A DNA stretch of 64,000 nucleotides from Takakia lepidozioides (taxonomy: Eukaryota > Plantae > Bryophyta), in contig CM060734.1 in NCBI GenBank assembly GCA_030704615.1, forward strand, positions 27,776,001 through 27,840,000, read 5' to 3'. The notes under the pieces were generated by a model that ran no database searches, was not told the origin of the DNA, and was given only the letters and a program-made list of their open reading frames with translations. The number at the start of each line of letters is the position of its first letter. Position 1 is the stretch's first letter. Shown here piece by piece: positions 52,379 to 62,641 of the stretch. Position numbers and translations under genes: made by a program.

Positions 52379-53925
52379 GGAAATACGGCGCCGCATTTCC
52401 GTATTGCATCTTGGTCATGCACCAGAGCGACGGAAATGCGGCACCGAGTTTCCGTCCGGGGGAAACCTTTATACTCTCCAGAACGGAAATGCGGTAACGC
52501 ATTTCCATCCAGCAAGCACGGTATGTGAAGGTGGAACGGAAATGCGGTAGCATTTTTACCGCATGATTGAGAATCATGAACAAGGGAACAGAAATGCGGC
52601 ACCGCATTTCCGTCCGAGTCGCACTTTCCGACATTCCAGAACGGAAATGCGGTTAGACGAAATGCGGTAACGCATTTCCATCCAGCAAGCACGGTATGTG
52701 AAGGTGGAACGGAAATGCGGTACCGCATTTCCGTTCTGATTGAGAATTATGACCAACGGGAACAGAAATGCGGCACCGCATTTCCGTCCGAGTCGCACTT
52801 TCCGACATTCCAGAACGGAAATGCGGCGCCGCATTTCCATTTTGTATCTGATGCATGGAGCCGAGTGCAATTCCGACGCTTGAGACAGCGCAATTCCGAC
52901 CGGTTGAGACATTCATACTATCCTGAACGGAAATGCGGTGCCGCATTTCCGTTCTGACTGAAAATCGTGAACCATCGGAACTGAATGCGCGCAGCGCATT
53001 TCCATCCGAGTCGCACCTCCAACATTCCAGAACGAAATGCGGCACCGCATTTCCGTTCTGATGAAAATCGTGAAACATCGGAACTGAAATGCGGTACCGC
53101 ATTTCCATCGGAGTCGCACCTTCCGACATTCCAAACGGAAATGCGGCGCCGCATTTCCGTTTTGTATGTGAGGCATGGAGCTGTGGAACGAAAATGCGGC
53201 ACCGCATTTCCGCCAGCGTCAGACCTTAATACTCTACAGAACGGAAATGCGGTACCGCATTTCCGTTCTGACTGAAAATCGTGAACAACGGGAACAGAAA
53301 TGCGGCACCGCATTTCCGTCCGAGTCGCACCTTCCGACATTCTCGAACGGAAATGCGGCGCCGCATTTCCGTTTTGTATAAGCCTGGAGCTGTGCTACGG
53401 AAATGTGGTGCCGCATTTCCATCCATGTGAGACCTTCAAACTTTCCAGACCGAAATGCGGCACCGCATTTCTGTTCCAGGTGAGACCTCTATACTTTCCC
53501 GAACGGAAATGTGGCACGGCATTTCCGTTCATCAACTAAGTATGTGAAGGGGAACGGAAATGCGGTACCATATTTCGTTCATTGAAAATCATGAACCACG
53601 GGAACTGAAATGTTGTGCCTCATTTCCGTCCGAATCGCACCTTTCGACATTCCAGAACGGAAATGCGGCGCCGCATTTCCCTTTTGATCTCATACATGGA
53701 GCTGTGGGACGGAAATGCGGCACCGTATTTCCGTTCAACAACTAAGGTATGTGAAGGTGGAACGGAAATGCGGTGCCGCATTTTCTTCCAACAAGGATGT
53801 GTAGCTTCGTGATGGTACTTAACGGAAATGCGGCGCCGCATTCGCATTTTCACTCCAACTCATCAGACGCTGGGACGGAAATGCCTTGAAATGTGAACAC
53901 GTGGAGCAACGGAATTGCGGCACAT
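52379..53925. repeat. Array of ~29 palindromes GGAAATGCGG-NN-CCGCATTTCC with modal 53-bp period
   Basis: Unit starts include 52379, 52432, 52485, 52538, 52590, 52643, 52711, 52764, 52817, 53137, 53190, 53243, 53296 and 53349; the ~31-bp spacers fall into a few recurring classes. Confidence 0.95.
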
Positions 53926-54278
53926 GTCTGCACTCTATCTGACTGAAGGGCATGAGGCGGCGCGGCCTGACCGTTGGATAATGATGTTTTTTTTTCGGAC
54001 GGCAGGCGTACCCTGAACGATTCGAATTTCGTAATGACGCAAACTCCACGAGGAGACACTTTCGTCCAACCCTTTCGAACCCAAGTGGTGCATCACCGCC
54101 GTTTCATCTACTTTTGTCGTGTCTCCTCAGTCACCCCTCTCGCGCCCTTTCCATCTGCACTCTTTGCCCTTTTTCCCTCTCTCTGTTCTTCTTATGCTCG
54201 AACCTGAGAGGGGGGAGTTCGTGCACCAGACAGGAGACCTCGTCGCAAGCTCCGAAAATTTACTTCGGACGTAGGCCA

Positions 54279-57200
54279 ATGCCGAAGGGGAGGAAGCAGA
54301 TGCGTCTACAGGAGGAGATTGCCATCTCCGAGCAGCAGGCCACTCAGGCAACCCAGCCACCAGTGAGAGCTCCATGCGATCGGCTGCGCGCAGCTGATCG
54401 AGCACCGAACCCCCCATTTTGCTTCTGTAATTCTTAGACTGAATGCTAGGAGACTTGAATGCAGAACATGTTTGCATGCCTAACAGGAAAGGTGGACGTG
54501 CTGGAGGGATCGCAGGAATCCGAAGAGCCGCAGGAAGAGTCCGAGGAGCTAGCTGCAGCACGTACACCCACCCGATCCCCGAGCGGGTATTCCTGCCGGG
54601 CCTAGCCCTGTGCGTTTTCAAAGACGCGGCTTCGAAGGGCAAGTTCAAAGCCCCAGAGATCGACTCGCGTTCTTCGGTCATGGAGAATCGCCAGCAGGGG
54701 TCGGGCCCTTCTCCAGCAAAGTCGAAGAAGAAGCAGCCCGTCCCTCTACTGGTTTCTGAACCGGCTCAGGCCGATTCACCCCCCCAACGCGAATGAAGCA
54801 GCAGGGTAAAAGACAGATTCAATTGCAGCAGACACCTTCACCTGCAAGGATGAGGAAGCAGAAGGCAATCAGGGCGACGGCCGAACAATCTCCCGCAAAA
54901 AGCTTCCACGAGCTGAAGCTCAGTTCCTGGAGGATTTCCCGCCTGCAGATGTTGGGGCCGACTCTGCTGCAGCGAAGGCAATGGGATCGACCGTTGATGT
55001 CGATTTGGTACCGGAGGAGGGTGCTGCCGCTCAACGTTCGCAGCAAGACCTCACCACCGATGAGCAAGCAGGCCCGGAGGAGGCCTCTGCAATGGCAGAA
55101 TTGCCCGCAGACAGGCCCCAGAGTGCAGCTCCAGTTGAGGATGCTCCAGCTGCTCAGCCACTACCGGCACTACAGACATCTCCGGAGGATTTCAAAAGTG
55201 CAGCGGATAAAATGTTGGAGGAGACACACAGTAGCATTGGCAGAGTTCTGGGCAGCAGGGTATTCCAGCGGACTCTTCGAATCCCACTCTGTCGCATGGT
55301 CTCCCTTCCCATCGTCAGGCAGGCCCTTCCCGGAGATGTGGATAAGCTCAAGTTCGCATTTCGAGAAGGGTACCGTCTGGGATCGGCAGCGTTTTACGTT
55401 TCCATTGAGAATGAGGACGGCGAAACTCGTGGACCCACTGCCGATGAATTGTCAACGTGGGATACCCACTGGCACACTCGCAACCACGAATTCGAGGCGA
55501 CGCTGAAGGGTGATCCAGACTTCGGCCATATGTCGGGTAAAATGTTCTTTGTGTGGGACGGGAATCACCGACTTCTTGCCTGGTGGGAGTACATCAAGCA
55601 GAACCATGCCAAGCACATTGGCTGGCATTACATGGTGGAGTGTGTCATCCTCAAGGTGAAGGCGGCAGACTCCTCCCTGCTCAAGAATGCCATGGCGGAC
55701 CTCAACTCGTAAGATACTCATACCCTCCCTAGCACGTTCGAAATGCGGTGCCGCATTTCGGTTTCCATTCTGGTTTGTTTCCCGTGCTTCCGTGTACTGA
55801 ACTGGAGAGTGTGCCTTGCAGGGTCACTGAGAATGCGTACGTGCATACCCACATGGCACATATGCTGTACAGGGTGAGGAAAACTGGTCTCACTGATCCG
55901 CAGATGTTTGCGGAAATGCTGGAGCCCGAGCTCATTCAGAAAGCCGTTGCAAAAACAGACCGGACATGGTATCGTCTCACTATGGATGGAATGGTGGAGG
56001 TGATATACGAAGTAAGTCGTCCTCCAATTTCCCTCTGCTCATCCTTCCCCAATTTCCAGTAATCTTTCCACATGAATCGAATGTAACGCTTCTGCATGTT
56101 TTTGTTGGCAGTCAAACATCAAGCTGGATTTGGCCCATGCCAAACGCTTCTTCATGGAAAGTGAGGGGCAGGTCAAAACGTTGCAGTCATTGACTGAGCA
56201 CTTGAAGGAAGCCGGTGTCAAGTCCAGAACCAAATACAAGTCAAAGCTTGTGAAGCTGGTGGCAATTGCAGATCCGGCACTTGGAAAGGACTTCATCCCC
56301 GAGCTATTCTCGGGCCATGCAGCCGACCATGCAATTGGAGAAACTGCATCACCTCTCAACGGCATGTGTGGAGGCGAAAGAGAAGGTGAGGTTTCAATGC
56401 ACTGAAGTTCCTTCCTAGCAATAGCCACTCTCTTCCAGCTCCTGACATTGGATCGGAAATGGCAGACACGGTGGCTGTCGATCTGGAATGCATCCGAGAG
56501 CATAAGGACAATGTGGTCTTTTCCACTGAAGTTTCCGACCCTGCAGTGGATGTGTGGCTCAACCGCATGACTTGGTGGTTCCAGGTAATTCAAGGTACTT
56601 CCCCAGATTTGCTTTTCTGAAATGAATTCCCTGAACTGCTACGTGACAATGCATTTGGGAATCGCAGGTAATGTCGAATGCGAAGGAGCAAGTCGTAATG
56701 CACACAAATTCGTTCGGCTTGTACGTCAAATGGGATGGAACACAGACATTGGAAGACTACGTGACACGTTTCAGATGTGCGTACAAGGACAACCTTTTCG
56801 CCAGAGAGCTACAGACAGCAAGAAGGAGCGTGGAGTTTACACATCAGGAGGAGCGGGGAAAGCTGCAATGCGAATTGTTTACAGGTGAAGCACAGCTGCC
56901 CTTGTATGCGAAGCCTGGTTACGAGGTTTGTCTCGGAAATGCGGCACCGCATTCGCATTTTATGTTTTCGGTGGCACTCTGCGAGTAGGTTCGTCCAACT
57001 TTGCTCACGCATGCTGACTGCCTTGAAATACGTGCTCCTTCAGACAGGGGCCCTGGCTCAAGAGCCCCCGTTCTTCATGGCTTGGACCGTGGCGGGCCCA
57101 AGCTGTGTCTACACACCCGATGCAGAAACAATGGCATCCCGCGCATCTCGTTGGATGCCCGTGGTACCTGGACATGTCTGGCGGTATTGTTGACGAGTCT

Positions 57201-59364
57201 GAGAAAGATCTGCACGCCTTGGCAGAAGAGAAGAGAAAGGAAACGTGTCCCTGCTGGCCAAAGTCGGCAAAGGAATCTGCTGCTCTCTGGAAGAATCCAG
57301 AAAGGCAGCTGAGATGGCACAAAAGACGGTGGATGCAGCTGTGCAGGCCCAACAGAAGGGGTCGAAGAAGAGGACTCGCCAGCAAGGAGCAGCTGTTGTG
57401 ACACCCGCCAAAACGAAGAAGCAGAAACAGCCTGTTCAGGAAGAGGGTGAGGAAGAGGACTCCGATGGAGACTTTGCAACCAGCCCACCCCCCCAAACGC
57501 AGGCTGCCTCCCCTGTGCCCACCGTTGTCACGAGAGGCACGAGAACTGGCTCGGCAAAGAAGGCACTCTTCAACCCCCCAGGGGGGCACCCTTTCGAGCC
57601 GGTGGAAATGAAGAGGCCGAAAGTGGCTCCCGAAACAGTAGTCCAGTGTGTAAATGAGAGTTTCTTGGCGGCTTTGGATGGACGGGCAGCCAAGTTGGCA
57701 TACATGAAGACCATGGAGGGTCTGAAGGGCAGAGCACTGAAGAAGGCGACTGCCGAAGAGCCTTCCGACACCCCAGGATTTCAGAATATGGTCTCGTTCT
57801 TTGAGAGGGTGTGTGCAGACAAGGATTGTAGGAGGGGCGGAAATGCCACCGAGTGGTCTTGCGATATGATCATCTTGGATATTCCGGACGGAGAGCCTGT
57901 GGAAGGACTGCAAGCTTTGCCATCTTGGAACAGGTACTCGGAGGACTTTTGGAAGAAAGGATTCGGGCTTGCCCGCATGGTGTTGGACGACAGAGGCTGT
58001 GTGGTTGTCCTGGCGAGCAGAGGAAAAAACTCAGACAGGAATTGCGAAGTGGACCCGCAAGAGCGCCGTCCCGATTCTGAAAAAGAAGTGGACGTGCATC
58101 AACACACTGGGCCTTCGGTCGGAAGGGAAGAAGGTGATTACGACACTGGCACTCGTCCATTCATTTGCTTGGGTGTTTTCAAATGCGGTGCCGCATTCGG
58201 TTTCTAATCGTTCCCCCCTGTGTATGCAGACGAAGCAGTTCGATGCATACTGCTTTGTGAAGGAGAACTCCACCTTTGCTTTCCGGAAGGAGGGAGGAAA
58301 GGTTGACCCGAACTGCGACCCCCTCGATTACGACGTTCTGTTCAACAACGTTCCCAAGGAACTTCTCCCTCATAGCCTCACTTCAACGGAACCCCTGCGG
58401 TACTCACGGACTCGGAGCCCTGCCTTCATTCAGACAATTATGGAGACATGCACAGACGTGGAGGGCACAGTGCTCGACCTCATCTGTGGGACAGGTATGC
58501 AGAATCTTGATCTATGCTGTTCTGCAAATTCTCGTTAGGATGTAGTTCGCAACATCTGAAGCGCCATGTGTAATGTGTGGATGGCATTGTAACAGGTGCC
58601 TCAATGTGGGCTGGGCGGTTTTCCGACCGGCACCTCTTTGCCTACGAGGAGGATTCATCCGTGTGGGGATCCCATCTGGAAGGGCTGCAACGGAATGTTA
58701 AGGCTCCCAACAGAGCGGAAGTCTCCTCGGATTCGTCGGAGTCCGAGGAAGACACAGTGGACATTGATGCGGAGGAGAACCCGGAATACGAGTGAGTGCA
58801 AACATTGTAAGTTTGCAAAGCCTTCTGGGTCATTTTTGTCAAACGAATTTCCCGACTGTGGTTCTCATTAGTCTCGTTGATGATTGTCATGTGCAGGATT
58901 GCAGGGTCCGGGTCGAAACATGTAGGGCCTACACTTCCTGCCAGGAAGAATGTCCCGTTCTTTGCGAGGGCCGACTTCATGACGAGCCCGGTGAGGGACT
59001 ACTCCCTTCCTAGTTATGCAGCTAAACTCGCAAATACAGCGATTAGAAGAAGTGAGAATCCCAGTAAAGTAGAGCAGATTTTGGAGAGGGCTAGGGAGGA
59101 CAGAAGGATAAGGAAAGAGTTGGCAGCAGCTCAGACAGGTAGACGGGTACGAAAGTACATATGTGATTCAGCGGATGAGAGCGACGCAGACAGGGAGGAA
59201 GACGACCCAACGGAGGTGAGATGGACAGTTCCGCAAGGGGAAGATGGGATTTTCGAAAGCCTGGCCAACGAGCAGTCCGCTGGAGATGAGAAAGGCACTG
59301 AGGGGTGGAGGCGGAGCAGGACAGTCTAGAACAGGATGAGGATTCGGATGATTTTCAAGATTAA
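54279..59364 (+). CDS. Multi-exon gene: ParB/Srx-like domain fused to a beta-class N4C/N6A DNA methyltransferase-like domain (several 1-bp frameshifts)
   Basis: ParB-like FFVWDGNHRL (DGNHR at 55557-55571). MTase order: motif IV-like CDMIILDIPDG (DIPDG 57878-57892), LARMVLDDRGCVVV, then RSPAFIQTIMETCT..EGTVLDLICGTGASM.AG..SDRHLFAYEED (motifs X-I-II). GT-AG introns include 55709-55821, 56012-56111, 58134-58229, 58495-58595 and 58792-58896. 5' exon structure is uncertain. Confidence 0.72.
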
Positions 59365-59499
59365 TAGAATTTTAATGAAGTCTCTGTAAATGTAAATTCT
59401 CTTCCAGAGTATATAAGGAAATTCTCCCGACATTCGTGACCCCTCTCCAGTGTGCATTCCAGCCACACAATCGCCCAAACCACGACGCTCCCAAAATCA

Positions 59500-60260
59500 G
59501 AAATGGGCACCGCATTTCCAAAATTTTGGCAACTCTAAGAACCTCTTTTGGAAATGCGGCACCGCATTTCCAAAACAGGGGAGGGACTAAATTTTCCATT
59601 TCAATGTTGGCATAGTAAAAAGTAATCGATTGGAAATGCGGTGCCGCATTTCCAAAATTTCCTTTGTCCACACGCCAGTTTTGGCCTCTCCCGCTCATTG
59701 CATGGATGCCACCACGCTTACAGAGGTCGAACAAGGAGGTCGAACAAGGAGGTCGAGATGGCGGAATTGGAAATGCGGTGCCGCATTTCCATATTGGGGA
59801 TGGTCGTTGTTCGAACTGCAGGCCCATCAGCAAAAATTGGCACCGCATTCCATTGTAAAAAAAGTCGATGACGGACATGGAAATGCGGCCCGCATTTCCA
59901 GAACGGACATCGCAATTTGTCCATTTGCAGACCCTCTCACGGAAATGCGGTAACGCATTCCATCGCGCTGGTCGGAAATGTCACACTTTTCGAAGTGTTG
60001 GACGGAAATGCGGCACCGCATTCCCTTGTCCAAAAAGAAGTTTCCATTGCCAAGCTGGAAATGCGTCGCCGCATTTGCAATGCCAACCTCGTTGTCTGTC
60101 CAATTTATAGACCCGTGTTTGGTATTTCGTGTACCTGGACGGAAATGATGCACCGCATTTTGTCCGACACTGAAATGCGGTCATACATTTCCATTGCGGC
60201 ATTTCAAATGCGGTGCCCGCATTTCGATGCCGACATGGAAATGCGGTGCCGCATTTCAAT
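59500..60260. repeat. Second array (~13 copies) of the same 22-bp palindrome, irregular spacing
   Basis: Copies at about 59550, 59632, 59769, 59879, 59941, 60004, 60057 and 60237, among others. Confidence 0.92.
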
Positions 60261-60514
60261 GTCCGACATGGCGTTACTCTGGTATATTCTTGACACATGA
60301 CTCTCATACCGGTTACTCTGGTATATTCATCCGGACAGACAAATTGTAGAAATGAGACATCAAATTGTAAACAGTGGGCCAATTCCGACAGTTATTCAAC
60401 AGAATGAAACACAATCACACAGAAGTGAGGTACGATGGGTTTATTGATCGGACACGATGTCTCACATTTACCAACTGCAGACAAAACTAAGCCCTTCCTC
60501 CTTCTACATGGGCT

Positions 60515-61250
60515 TCACCAAGTCGACGGAACTTCGATACCCCTCAAAACAAGCTCATCACTGCTGCGGCACCTCGAGGTAAACTGCAATTCGGTCGTTC
60601 TGCTGCCCTTGCTGGAGCCGACGACAATGTCATGTCCATCAATGATACCACCATCATACATTGACAAGGTCACTGTGGGCCTCATGTGCCCGTGCGATTC
60701 GTCTTCGCAACTCAGCCGAATGTCTCCATACACTGGAAGAGCGGAGTGATCTGCACGTATATAGTTTTCCCCGGTGCCGTCCTCCCTGGTCCACTGGCAG
60801 CAGTTCCAGCGCCAAAGCGAGGCCGTGCGTGATCTGTCCGGCATCCCTTTCCAGCTTGGTATATCGAGGTCAACAATTTTCAGGACCCACGGACGCATTG
60901 ACCCTCGCCCTCACCTCGCTCAAAGCGGTATAGCCCTCCGATACTCCATTGCGCAAAAGACTCTTGCTTGATTCCAGCAGCGTCTGTGAAAACAGAGAGC
61001 CAGACAATGATGTCTCCTGATTCTGTTTGAACATAGCATAATCGTGGCCATGATAAGGCAGTCGGCTGGATTCGCGGCACGGCATCCTTGAAAAGAGTAG
61101 CGGAGTACGCTCAATGACAGCAGTTCCCGGATAGAGGAGGAGCAGCGCGGTGGCTGGAAAAAGTTCAAGCTAACGCTGCAATTCTCACAAACACTCCAGG
61201 GCACATTTAATTTCCCCCTACAGGATCCTGGACCGATGAAGATGGCTGCT
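60515..61250 (-). pseudogene. Unknown-family gene, paralog A (frameshifted)
   Basis: Aligns with 61445-62176: FSRMPC..DYAM, SGDIIVW, Y.FERG, PW.L.I.D.D.PS, RWNCC.WT, YGDIR, DGG.I.G.DIVV, ELVLR..EVP.T; start approximate. Confidence 0.65.
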
Positions 61251-61444
61251 GCATGAATGTAGCCGTTTCAGTTTCCTACCCTGCCATGCAAACTATGGCA
61301 GTCGTCACTGCCAGGTGGGCCGATAGCCACTGGACACGACGAAGTCCATCCCCTCTTCGATGTAAATGCGGCGCCGAATTTCCATCCGGGGGGATGGACT
61401 TCGGTGGCAGATCTCAAACTATAACTTGTTGATGAGAAAGATGT

Positions 61445-62176
61445 ATGGGTTCATCCACCTCCGTCGGTGGGTACGTGGGACCCAGATGCTCCATTATTGG
61501 AGGCCGGACTGCTCTTCCGCTTCGCATCATTTCCAAAATCTAAGGGCTTCGTAGCTGTCCGCAAGGTCATTGTCATCGGCATCCAAGTCGTCCTCAGGTC
61601 CTCCTTTGCAAGGATGCCGTGCTTCCGGAACCGGGACGACTGCCCATTTGGAGGCATCGATTATGCAATGTATTCGGCCACATCGGGAGACATTGTTATC
61701 TGGTACACAGATTACAGAGAAGATACTGGTTCGATTGTGGAAACATTGGTGGCTTTTGAGTATATCCTAGGCCACTACGCCTTCGAGCGGGGTGACGATC
61801 TTGGTCTGAGGAGTCCGTGGCTCCTGCGCATCCTCGATTCCGATTTCCCAGCTACGACGGTCACCCATGCAGAAGAAGGCGCACTGCTATGCTGTTGCGG
61901 TGGAACTGCTGCCACTGGACGTGGGTGGACTCCATCGGAGAGACCTATTCTCCTGAAGGAGTGCGCTCCTCTTCTCCATTGTATGGGGACATTCGCATTG
62001 GTGTGGACGACGAAAACGTGAAGATTTCCATATTCGATGGTGGTATGATTGAAGGGCAGGACATTGTGGTGAACATCACTAGGGGCGGTACAACGGCTGC
62101 AATCGACTTTACATGGAGGAGCCCCATGACTCATGAGCTAGTTCTGAGAGCAGTCGAAGTCCCATTGACAACGTGA
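61445..62176 (+). pseudogene. Unknown-family gene, paralog B (frameshifted)
   Basis: ORFs 61467-62021 and 61817-62176 join across a frameshift near DSDFP; homologous to paralog A. Confidence 0.65.
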
Positions 62177-62557
62177 CTTGTATTCAGTAGGCACAGGGCT
62201 AAAGATTTGATTGCACAATCAGCACAGTAGACGTGCTTCAAATGCAATTCATGTGGATCAATAAAAACCTCATTGTGCCCTCTTTTTATTCTATTCTGTG
62301 TCCATCGTTCCGAGAATGCGTCATTGCTCATTTCGTTTGGGATTGGGAGTGTGGGTGGATTTTGCAAGTGGCTGGTAGGCTGAAATGGGCCCCCATTGTA
62401 CAGAGCAGTACCACCCTACCATTCGCGAAACATTGCCTTTCAATATATAATTCTAAATAACATTGCCGAACCTCCTTCATCGGGAGGTCCTTCTCCCCCT
62501 ATGACCGTGGCACCCTAAACCCTATTCCCGCGGACACTCATTTCCGGAAAATAGTGC

Positions 62558-62641
62558 TGCTCATGTTTTTTTCCACACTTACGACTCTGCTCATGGCTCA
62601 TGCCGCTCATGGCTCATGGCTCATGAAATAGCAGCCCCCCC
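62558..62641. repeat. GCTCATG subterminal-like repeats ending in AAATAGCAGCCCCCCC; candidate transposon right end
   Basis: Six GCTCATG units, then a C-run that abuts an abruptly starting LINE RT frame. Confidence 0.45.

Noticed and set aside
52090-53853. Many overlapping ORFs with EMRCRIS / GNAAPHF / KCGTAF repeats (also 59372-60382)
   Set aside because: They are translations of the DNA palindrome in all six frames, with no evidence of coding function.
52379-53925. CRISPR array (palindromic repeat plus ~31-bp spacers)
   Set aside because: Spacers recur in a few related classes, repeats are degenerate and also scattered in introns, no cas genes are present, and the context is eukaryotic.
54279-59364. 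Bacterial or phage contamination as the source of the ParB-MTase gene
   Set aside because: The gene has multiple in-phase GT-AG introns and low-complexity linkers and is contiguous with plant transposons.
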